From a virus: 64,000 bases of DNA. The notes beneath the pieces were generated by a model. The model was not told the DNA's origin. It made no database searches and saw only the letters and a program-made list of their open reading frames with translations. Below are positions 27,379-34,223 of the stretch, piece after piece (position 1 is the stretch's first letter; each line of letters starts with the position of its first letter). The position numbers were made by a program, and so were the translations under genes. The stretch is from positions 1 through 64,000 of the IMG/VR virus record IMGVR_UViG_3300045988_108820. One strand, given 5' to 3'.

Positions 27379-27920
27379 TTTTTTCTTTTATTTACAATTT
27401 TCTTTAATAATGGTATGTACTCTATACTTTCTGCATACTTAATTCTATTTAAAAATAGATAATAGTCCTCAGAAGGCTTATACCTCCGTTGAATCCAATT
27501 TTTGTAGGCTATAACACTTTCAGACCAATGATTGAATCTATAATATTGTTTCTTTCTACTATTATAGAGTCCAAATAAATTATTATATTCTAAACAAACT
27601 CTGGATTTAAAGTGTCCAGTTTCTAATATAGCTTGAGCATACACTATATCTTCATGATGTACTTTATAATAGATTAAAGCTTCTTCTAAACCATCTTTAG
27701 GAGATTGTGTAAGAAATTTTGGCTTTACCTTAAAAGTATCAGATGACTCTTTAGTATATAAACAAGAAACTTTCTTATTTGATGAGTCTACACTTTTATG
27801 TTCTATAATTTTGTACTCTGTTATTTGTAAGGATATTATAACTAAAATACAACATAGTGTAGTTAATACTATGAATATAATTCTCCCTAATGTGGGATTT
27901 CTTAACCATTTATTTACCAT
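27375..27920 (-). CDS. membrane-anchored peptidoglycan hydrolase (glucosaminidase/FlgJ-like domain)
   Basis: N-terminal TM helix (IIFIVLTTLCCILVIISL); AQAILETGHFKS...YNNLFGL matches the mannosyl-glycoprotein endo-beta-N-acetylglucosaminidase signature. Confidence 0.6.
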   Translation of the reverse strand: MVNKWLRNPTLGRIIFIVLTTLCCILVIISLQITEYKIIEHKSVDSSNKKVSCLYTKESSDTFKVKPKFLTQSPKDGLEEALIYYKVHHEDIVYAQAILETGHFKSRVCLEYNNLFGLYNSRKKQYYRFNHWSESVIAYKNWIQRRYKPSEDYYLFLNRIKYAESIEYIPLLKKIVNKRKK

Positions 27921-27937
27921 ATTTTATTATCATTTAT

Positions 27938-27989
27938 AAAAAAAATAAAGCTAAGTAGGATTTGCTATAAAATAACTATCCTACTTAGC
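27938..27989 (-). terminator. rho-independent terminator
   Basis: 11-bp stem GCTAAGTAGGA/TCCTACTTAGC followed on the minus strand by TTTATTTTTTTT. Confidence 0.65.
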
Positions 27990-28016
27990 TCAGTGGTTTT
28001 ACCACCCAAACTAAAA

Positions 28017-28418
28017 TTAATCTTCAAAAATAGTATAGTGAAAACTTATTGCACCTAAGTCTTGAGCTATAAGTTCACAATACTTCTTTATCTTAATATC
28101 TTCTGATAAAGTGTCCCATAGTCTTTTAGGTTTCTTACCCTTAGTAGCACTTATGAATCTACTATACTTAGGACTAATTGGTTCTTTTATTATTTGTTCA
28201 TAAGCTTCTTTTGACATTCTTAATACCTGTTTAGCAGGTATAGATTTTCTAGTCATAAAGTTTATAATTACAGGACCTTTATCTTTCTTAGATTTATCTC
28301 CCTTAAGAACAATTTTATGTTCTTCCATAAACTTTTTTGGTTTGTTTTCAGCCACCTGTTGGCTTATCATAGTACTTCCTGGAAGTACAAATGTAAGACT
28401 TAACTTTGGTTCAACCAT
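28017..28418 (-). CDS. hypothetical basic protein (133 aa)
   Basis: Intact ORF followed by a terminator. Confidence 0.5.
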   Translation of the reverse strand: MVEPKLSLTFVLPGSTMISQQVAENKPKKFMEEHKIVLKGDKSKKDKGPVIINFMTRKSIPAKQVLRMSKEAYEQIIKEPISPKYSRFISATKGKKPKRLWDTLSEDIKIKKYCELIAQDLGAISFHYTIFED

Positions 28419-28421
28419 AAA

Positions 28422-28766
28422 TTAATTAATAATGTCGTTGTTTATATTTTTCTTTATTTTCTCTTTAGAGTCTTTCTTCATAATAGATTCAAAGAACTTT
28501 ATCTTAGCTACTGACTTTACCATCTCCATGAGTACTATAAAGTTTCTTAGAGGCATAGTAAGCATTATAGAGGAGATAACAATCGTTACAAGATTAATAC
28601 TCTTTCCAGAGAAATTTTCAATGAGGCTTGTTACATCCTCAATCTTAATATTCTTCTCTTTGTATTCTTCTTCTTTCTCCTTGTAAGCTACCTTAATTGT
28701 TTCAAGTACTCTCTTAATGTCTTTCTCATTGATGATAGACATCTGATTTTCTTTGTCTGCTGCCAT
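28422..28766 (-). CDS. hypothetical protein (114 aa)
   Basis: Intact ORF; the antisense ORF 28432..28686 is judged a shadow. Confidence 0.5.
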   Translation of the reverse strand: MAADKENQMSIINEKDIKRVLETIKVAYKEKEEEYKEKNIKIEDVTSLIENFSGKSINLVTIVISSIMLTMPLRNFIVLMEMVKSVAKIKFFESIMKKDSKEKIKKNINNDIIN

Positions 28767-28815
28767 AATTTTGTTTATTAAAATTAATATAAAATAAATA
28801 GTGTTTTCTAAAAAT

Positions 28816-28929
28816 AGCTACTTAATTGATACATTATCAGTGTATTGCATTAACCACTATGCTAATCATCCATCTTTATGAGAATAATATAGGACTCGAA
28901 CCTATGAAATAATAGTATTGTAAGTAGCT
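28816..28929 (-). ncRNA. cassette f: circularly permuted tRNA-like RNA clamped by a 9-bp terminal stem
   Basis: Minus-strand order: AGCUACUUA-CAAUACUAUUAUUUC, then T arm ATAGG-TTCGAGT-CCTAT, 3' acceptor ATTATTC, T, a 9-nt linker, 5' acceptor GGATGAT, TA, D arm GCAT-AGTGGTTA-ATGC, anticodon arm ATACA-CTGATAA-TGTAT, CAAT, and UAAGUAGCU. Confidence 0.55.
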
Positions 28930-28979
28930 CAAATGCAGTAAAATATAAAATTTTACTATATGAAAGAAAGTAAGTTATT

Positions 28980-29040
28980 GGCACTGATATTATCCCTATA
29001 ATATAAATAAACATTGTAACCAATGTGTTTTGTAAGTGCC
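28980..29040 (-). repeat. cassette e: ACUUACAA-core hairpin unit (stem GGCACU/AGUGCC)
   Basis: Inverted repeat ggcact (28980-85) / agtgcc (29035-40), plus an inner hairpin ACATTG/CAATGT. Confidence 0.5.
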
Positions 29041-29045
29041 AAAAG

Positions 29046-29153
29046 CGGGGAAGGTAGGACTCGAACCTACATTTGATAGTTTATGAAATCTATTGCTTAT
29101 TATTAGTGTTGTAAGTATCCATGATACTATTAAACCATTTTAGCTACTTCCCC
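29046..29153 (-). ncRNA. cassette d: tRNA-like gene with an internal insertion of about 31 nt carrying the ACUUACAA core
   Basis: Perfect acceptor GGGGAAG/CTTCCCC, D arm GCTA-AAATGGTTTAA-TAGT and T arm GTAGG-TTCGAGT-CCTAC. There are 54 nt between the D and T arms, including hairpin AGTATC-ATG-GATACT and an ATAG-(A)TTTCATAA(A)-CTAT arm. Confidence 0.5.
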
Positions 29154-29164
29154 TTGTTGTTTAT

Positions 29165-29264
29165 AGTTACTTAATAATGTATGTTAGATTTGAACTAACT
29201 GTCTTTGAATTATAAATTCAACGCTTTACCAAATAAGCTAATACTATTAGTATTGTAAGTAACT
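29165..29264 (-). ncRNA. cassette c: tRNA-Ile(UAU)-like module inside a 9-bp leader/trailer clamp
   Basis: Clamp AGUUACUUA/UAAGUAACU. Inside (29175..29247): D arm GCTT-ATTTGGTA-AAGC, anticodon arm TTGAA-TTTATAA-TTCAA, T arm GTTAG-TTCAAAT-CTAAC. The acceptor pairs only 5 of 7. Confidence 0.5.
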
Positions 29265-29275
29265 TATATGTCTAT

Positions 29276-29339
29276 AGACACTAAAAAATCATAATACACA
29301 AATCCAAATTTAATTTTAGAGATTATATTGTAAGTGTCT
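29276..29339 (-). repeat. cassette b: ACUUACAA-core hairpin unit (stem AGACACU/AGUGUCU)
   Basis: Inverted repeat agacact (29276-82) / agtgtct (29333-39). Confidence 0.5.
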
Positions 29340-29347
29340 TTGAGTAA

Positions 29348-29381
29348 ATATAGGAGGTATTACTCCTCCTATATTTTTTTA
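29348..29381. terminator. strong hairpin, possibly a bidirectional terminator
   Basis: 10-bp stem ATATAGGAGG/CCTCCTATAT with a T7 run on the plus side and an A7 run on the other side; about 100 nt downstream of the vWA gene stop. Confidence 0.5.
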
Positions 29382-29401
29382 TTGATATTAAACTAATTAT
29401 T

Positions 29402-29456
29402 GATACTAAACTAAAATTAAATGCTTCAAGAAATTAATATATTAATTGTAAGTATC
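29402..29456 (-). repeat. cassette a: ACUUACAA-core hairpin unit (stem GAUACU/AGUAUC)
   Basis: Inverted repeat gatact (29402-07) / agtatc (29451-56). Confidence 0.45.
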
Positions 29457-29471
29457 AGTTATTATGCTTAG

Positions 29472-31298
29472 TTAAAGTACATTTTCCTTTACTATATCAT
29501 ATCTATTGCTCCTAAACAAAGATTGTAAAGGAGTATAAACATCCATAATATCCATATCTTTGAAGTTAGTTAAGAACTGCTCAATCTGTGCTACATTAGC
29601 AGGGATATAAATCATATTCTCAATACCTTCAAATCTATTGATAGAAGTACTTCTAAAACCCCAACCACCATCTACATCAATAGCTACAATGTAGGGTTTA
29701 AATCCAAAGTATCTTTGACATTTCATCATAAAACTATTCATTGAAGCTTCAGGAGATGGAAATGAGTTCCATTCACCATCACTAATAATAGTCCATACAG
29801 GATAATTCTTCAGAGCATCAAGTATTTGAGGATTACGCTGACATTCCAAATGTAAAGTATCTGGAATTTTATCAATATAAGTACAACCACCTTGGAATAC
29901 TGCATTACAGAAACTCTTAATAGATTGATAATTGTCATAGAAGCTCTTCTTAGGGTCAACAAATGGAGTTTGCTTAATCTTTACTGCGTTACTTCTAATG
30001 AGAGAGTTTGCAGAAGTAGCTTTTCTATCTATACAAGTATGCCAATGACTGTTACTATTGAAGAAACCAAGTAAGTTTCTACCATCATCATCTGGATTCT
30101 TACATAGACATACAGAAGCCAAGAATGAAGCAAAGTTAAAGGGTTTACCTCTCATAGAACCTGAATCATCTATAATTACAAGACTATTATAAGGAAGATT
30201 AACCTTAGTCATGAATGTTTCAAGCTTTAGTTTATCTACATTGCCATAGCAAATATCATTGTACAGCTCTTTGAAGTTAGTTGCACCTGTATTAACCTTA
30301 GCCTGCTTTGCAACTTTCCTTAACTTGATTTTATCTTCCTCTGTAGCTTGTCCCTGTCTAACTTTTTCCTCTAGAACTCTTTGTTCAGTTTGTTTAGATT
30401 CTTTATATCTCTCCCATTCAGTAAGCCAAGGTTGGAACTTAGAATATTTATCCTTCTCAGTATCTTTAATCTTACTATAAAGGATTCTGTTCTTAACTCT
30501 AAACCTTGCTTGTGAAGGAAGTTTGTCAAACCAATCAATAAATGACTGTTTATCAAACTCATTAATTTTACCTGTAGAAAATAGTACTGACTCAAGGTTA
30601 CCATTATAATCCTTTCTCCACTTTCTATAGCCTTTGAAGTTAGCATAGCCCTCATTTACTTCATACTCCCAACCCATAAGTTCTGAGAGCATTATAAGTA
30701 ACTTGATCTTATCTTCCATTACCTTTTTAGTTTCAGGAAGCATCTTGCTATGACCACTTCTCTTACCTACTCTAGGAAGTGTTAGAAATTTAGCAACAAG
30801 AGTTTTATTAAAAGGATTACTACCATTGATAACTTTATAGAGATAGTTTGCAATAACCTCTCTATATTTTGCTTCAGCAAAGAGATTATGTATTCTAATA
30901 ACTCTAGAACCTTTAGTTTGTACTCTATTTCTAAACAGCAAGTCAAAGCAAGTATATTCATTGAACAAACCTGCTTCAAGGAATTTTACAAATTGAGTTT
31001 GGTGTTTATTCCACATCCAATTAAGAACTACTTGAAAACCCTCTCTATTAGCATTACCACCACTGTCTTTTTTAACACCTTTAAAGATGTTATGTTGTCT
31101 AGCTGTAATATCTCCAATTGAAAAGAGTAAACTAAAGAACATTTTTCTTTTTTCTTTGTCATTCTTAACCTCTAACCAACAAGCATCTAGTAATGATGTA
31201 TCAATTGCATTACATACATTTTGGAAGAGTTTAAGACAATTTTTTAATCCATAAAAAGGATTATTGTTACTTTTGCTATTTAATTTAACTTGTACCAT
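29472..31298 (-). CDS. helical N-domain (DUF2828-like) plus vWA/MIDAS protein; Ro60-like architecture
   Basis: MIDAS motif D-x-S-x-S in SLVIIDDSGSMRG at about residue 375. The N-terminal FFSLLFSIGDITARQ...GGNANREGFQVVLNWMW resembles the remembered DUF2828 pattern (FylRdiR.GkGER..F...l.wL). Confidence 0.6.
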   Translation of the reverse strand: MVQVKLNSKSNNNPFYGLKNCLKLFQNVCNAIDTSLLDACWLEVKNDKEKRKMFFSLLFSIGDITARQHNIFKGVKKDSGGNANREGFQVVLNWMWNKHQTQFVKFLEAGLFNEYTCFDLLFRNRVQTKGSRVIRIHNLFAEAKYREVIANYLYKVINGSNPFNKTLVAKFLTLPRVGKRSGHSKMLPETKKVMEDKIKLLIMLSELMGWEYEVNEGYANFKGYRKWRKDYNGNLESVLFSTGKINEFDKQSFIDWFDKLPSQARFRVKNRILYSKIKDTEKDKYSKFQPWLTEWERYKESKQTEQRVLEEKVRQGQATEEDKIKLRKVAKQAKVNTGATNFKELYNDICYGNVDKLKLETFMTKVNLPYNSLVIIDDSGSMRGKPFNFASFLASVCLCKNPDDDGRNLLGFFNSNSHWHTCIDRKATSANSLIRSNAVKIKQTPFVDPKKSFYDNYQSIKSFCNAVFQGGCTYIDKIPDTLHLECQRNPQILDALKNYPVWTIISDGEWNSFPSPEASMNSFMMKCQRYFGFKPYIVAIDVDGGWGFRSTSINRFEGIENMIYIPANVAQIEQFLTNFKDMDIMDVYTPLQSLFRSNRYDIVKENVL

Positions 31299-31330
31299 CT
31301 TATTAATATTTATTATTATTTGTAAGTAAC
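31266..31330 (-). promoter_or_regulatory. cassette g: ACUUACAA core on the vWA gene leader, with a 6-bp stem enclosing the start codon
   Basis: Minus strand GUUACUUACAAAUAAUAAUAAAUAUUAAUAAG-AUG-...AGCAAAAGUAAC; arms gttact (31266-71) / agtaac (31325-30); ATG at 31298. Confidence 0.4.
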
Positions 31331-31382
31331 ATAGTTAGGATATTCTTTTTATCTTTGAATTATATATGTCTTCCTTATACTA

Positions 31383-31826
31383 TTAGAAAGTTTCAGCTTC
31401 ATCTATAGCTGAAAGCTCTGCTTCAAGTTCCTTAATTTTATCCTCAGGTGATTTCTGAGAATCTTTAAGTTCTTTAAGTTTAGCTGTAAGTTCAGCTTTT
31501 TTCTTGATATTTTCTTCAACCTCCATTTTATATCTCTTGTAACCTATTACAAGGTTTACAAGTTCTTTTTGTCTTTTTGCAATGTCTAGTTGTTGGGCAT
31601 TAATTTCACTTGCTATCCACTCATCTTGACTTTCAAGTTGCTTAATTTTATTAGATAAAGTAAGTCTAATATTATTAAGAGAGTTGATTGTAGTAGTGTG
31701 AAGCAACTCAACTACATTGATAGGTGTTCCTAGTTTAGAGCTTATTATTTCATTTCTAAGTAACATACCCATCAACAAAGTACACATTTTATTAAAGTGC
31801 TCTTTTGTAAAGTTAATCTTTGCCAT
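31383..31826 (-). CDS. hypothetical coiled-coil protein (147 aa)
   Basis: Heptad-rich C-terminal half (KKKAELTAKLKELKDSQKSPEDKIKELEAELSAIDE). Confidence 0.5.
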   Translation of the reverse strand: MAKINFTKEHFNKMCTLLMGMLLRNEIISSKLGTPINVVELLHTTTINSLNNIRLTLSNKIKQLESQDEWIASEINAQQLDIAKRQKELVNLVIGYKRYKMEVEENIKKKAELTAKLKELKDSQKSPEDKIKELEAELSAIDEAETF

Positions 31827-31830
31827 TTTA

Positions 31831-31995
31831 TTACAAAATTAATTTATAGTACTCTGAACCTACAGGCTTGATTTCTTTAATTAATTCTACCCTAGGTTCA
31901 TTTGTTTCATTTGAGTAGCTTACTACTACTCTTAGTTCTTTGTTTTCATCAAGGTTTTTTAATAATTCCTTGAGGTCTTTAATCTTTACTTTCAT
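31831..31995 (-). CDS. small hypothetical protein (54 aa, below track cutoff)
   Basis: Hand translation MKVKIKDLKELLKNLDENKELRVVVSYSNETNEPRVELIKEIKPVGSEYYKLIL; ATGA overlap with the upstream stop. Confidence 0.4.
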   Translation of the reverse strand: MKVKIKDLKELLKNLDENKELRVVVSYSNETNEPRVELIKEIKPVGSEYYKLIL

Positions 31996-32702
31996 TGTTG
32001 TTTACTTTTTTTTACTAGAATACTTTTATATGAATAATTATTTAGTATGTAAGAAAATATGTCAATAATATTTATAAGAATAACAACATCAGTTCTTGAT
32101 ATATTCTTTTTATCAGCACTAAATACTTTTATAAAGTTAATACCATTTTCTTTTAATTCTACATAAATGTATTTTCCAGTAGCACCACAAGCAAATTCTT
32201 GTATTGTACAAGGATGGTTATCTATATAAATTTCTTTTTTACAAAATTGGTCTATTTTTGGATCAGAAATAAGAGTAGATAAATTTATTGGCATAGACAG
32301 AGATGCTTTATTTAGTCTAAAAATCTGTCTAATACATTTATTATAAAGATCTTGAATTTCTTTATTAATACGAAGAAATTCTTTTGTTAGAATATCTGTA
32401 TTTTTTGGAGAACAATCATAAAAGTCTTCAATAAGTTGTAACACCTTATGAAGTTCTTCTATGGATTCTGCTTCAGGAAATGCTCCTTCAAGAGACCCTC
32501 TTATACCTTTAGATTTTAGGAATTCTTTTGGGTGCTCAATTCCTACTACATCAAAGAATTTTTTATTAGTTGTATTAGGTTCATCTGAGGCTAAGAATGC
32601 TGAATGTGGAATAGCAATTACATGCCCATTAACTGTTACATTGGGAAGAATTAATGTAATTTTACTTCCATTCTCTAGAGTTTTAAATTTAAAATATTTC
32701 AT
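31992..32702 (-). CDS. hypothetical protein (236 aa)
   Basis: Intact ORF. Confidence 0.5.
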   Translation of the reverse strand: MKYFKFKTLENGSKITLILPNVTVNGHVIAIPHSAFLASDEPNTTNKKFFDVVGIEHPKEFLKSKGIRGSLEGAFPEAESIEELHKVLQLIEDFYDCSPKNTDILTKEFLRINKEIQDLYNKCIRQIFRLNKASLSMPINLSTLISDPKIDQFCKKEIYIDNHPCTIQEFACGATGKYIYVELKENGINFIKVFSADKKNISRTDVVILINIIDIFSYILNNYSYKSILVKKSKQQ

Positions 32703-32720
32703 AATCTTTTTAAATTAATT

Positions 32721-33164
32721 TCACCATATATCCATTCGATAATTTCGAATTGTATAATAAAGGTTTTTACATTTTAGTTTATACACATCTCCTTTAAGCC
32801 ACAGTTCCTTGCTCCATTCTTTTAAAAAATCACTTTGATCCAAAGGCATAAATCTGCCAATATTTTTAAGATTGACATATCGTGTGAATTTGTATTTAAC
32901 AGGATGTATTGATATCATTTCCACATAGTCAACCTCTTCAGACAATACTTTAAGTAGGTATTCACAGATACGTAAATCACGTAATACATTGTTTTCACTA
33001 GTCACGTTGTTACCACTACTCCACCATTTTATCATTTTCTGAACTTTTCTAAGTTCAAGATGATAAAAGAATGTATAATCCCATTGTCTATCATTCCAAA
33101 TTACTCTGAAATAATAGATAAGATTTCCAATTCCTTGTTTGAATTTTCTATAATATTGTTTCAT
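32721..33164 (-). CDS. hypothetical protein (147 aa)
   Basis: Start trimmed to MKQYYRKF because the track N-terminus overlaps tRNA-Leu. Confidence 0.5.
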   Translation of the reverse strand: MKQYYRKFKQGIGNLIYYFRVIWNDRQWDYTFFYHLELRKVQKMIKWWSSGNNVTSENNVLRDLRICEYLLKVLSEEVDYVEMISIHPVKYKFTRYVNLKNIGRFMPLDQSDFLKEWSKELWLKGDVYKLKCKNLYYTIRNYRMDIW

Positions 33165-33179
33165 TGTTAATTTAATTAG

Positions 33180-33263
33180 TACAGGAAGTGGGACTTGAAC
33201 CCACACGTTCTAATGAACATCAGAGCTTAAATCTGAGGTGTCTACCAATTCCACCATTCCTGC
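33180..33263 (-). tRNA. tRNA-Leu(UAA), type II
   Basis: Acceptor GCAGGAA/TTCCTGT, anticodon arm TCAGA-TTTAAGC-TCTGA, long variable arm, T arm GTGGG-TTCAAGT-CCCAC. Confidence 0.8.
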
Positions 33264-33289
33264 AATACATAAAAATAAATAATAATTTG

Positions 33290-33360
33290 AGTCATGTGTG
33301 GGAATTGAACCCACGAATCAACATTGGAAGTGTTGCATTTTACCACTAAACTAACATGAC
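33290..33360 (-). tRNA. tRNA-Gly(UCC)
   Basis: Acceptor GTCATGT/ACATGAC, anticodon arm CAACA-CTTCCAA-TGTTG, T arm GTGGG-TTCAATT-CCCAC. Confidence 0.85.
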
Positions 33361-33562
33361 ATATAGTTAATAATGCAAAGTTAATAATAATTTTATATGT
33401 AACAAAGTTTTAATTGAAAAGCTTAAGTAAATAAAGTAGAAAACCACTCTATCTTCACAGACCGAGTAGTACACATCATTGAAATATTTAAAAAACAAAT
33501 GTATTAGATTTCTTTTATAACTAACATTTACACATAACTAAACTATAAATAACTTTTATTAG

Positions 33563-33633
33563 CTGATCTTATTGGAGTTGAACCAATATCTATAGTTTTG
33601 GAGACTATTGTTTTACCGTTAAACTAAAGACCA
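33563..33633 (-). tRNA. tRNA-Trp(CCA)
   Basis: Acceptor TGGTCTT/AAGATCA, D arm GTTT/AAAC, anticodon arm ATAGT-CTCCAAA-ACTAT, T arm ATTGG-TTCAACT-CCAAT. Confidence 0.8.
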
Positions 33634-33897
33634 GTTAAATAGGACAACCACTTAACCTATTATGGTACGATAAGTTTTTTTAATTACTCGCAGGGACGTA
33701 CTTTCAACTTAAACCCCGAAGTGGAAATTTTTATTTAGTTTTTATAATAATTAGTAATAATTTCAAAATCCTTTAAATTACTATACCTGGCTTCTATAAT
33801 AGTCATGCCAAAATACTTACTGAAATGTTTAGCGATTTTAATTGTTTCATAATAATTTAATTGATTTAGTTATTAATAAATGGTTAATTGTTTTGAG

Positions 33898-33971
33898 TAC
33901 TCCTTGTAGGACTTGAACCTACGACTCCCAAGGTATAAGCTTGGTGCTCTAACCGACTGAACTAAAGGAGT
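33898..33971 (-). tRNA. tRNA-Ile(UAU)
   Basis: Acceptor ACTCCTT/AAGGAGT, anticodon arm CCAAG-CTTATAC-CTTGG, T arm GTAGG-TTCAAGT-CCTAC. Confidence 0.8.
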
Positions 33972-34223
33972 AATTATAAACCTCTCAAGAGTACTATTTT
34001 TAATAATTAATTTAACTATTAAAACTTGAGAGGTTTAAGTCAAACAGAGATACAATTAATAAAAGAATTTAATAAGAATAAATTACAGCTCATCTACATC
34101 TATCTGTTGATTTTGATATTTTAAAGTAATAAAATATCTCAGGGTTACTGACTTTTATTCACTACTATTAACCCTTTTTCGCTTAAATTCTTTTATCTTT
34201 AAAACTTTAGACTATTATTTCTA

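Noticed and set aside
28997-29003. Alternative 5' acceptor GGATAAT for the T arm at 28889-28905, which would make a conventional-order tRNA
   Set aside because: The 83 nt between this sequence and the T arm contain no D arm (no GG loop) and no anticodon arm. The downstream GGATGAT is followed by perfect D and anticodon arms. I keep it as the explicit alternative in the finding.
4326-30979. Same-strand alternative-frame ORFs nested in larger genes: 4326..4547, 7094..7279, 19050..19244, 21532..21777, 30371..30655, 30782..30979
   Set aside because: They are fully contained in, or largely overlap, genes with clear domain motifs (DNA polymerase, dUTPase, rIIA, vWA protein). There is no independent support for them.
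32721-33206. N-terminal 14 codons of the track ORF (MWVQVPLPVLIKLT)
   Set aside because: They overlap tRNA-Leu(UAA) at 33180..33263. The internal Met at 33164 is the more plausible start.
33981-34175. Inverted repeats CCTCTCAAG...CTTGAGAGG (33981-34039) and AGGGTTA...TAACCCT (34141-34174) upstream of tRNA-Ile(UAU)
   Set aside because: They have long AT-rich loops (20-41 nt) and short arms. They are most simply weak terminators or chance repeats after gene 34224..34418, with nothing further to support a function.
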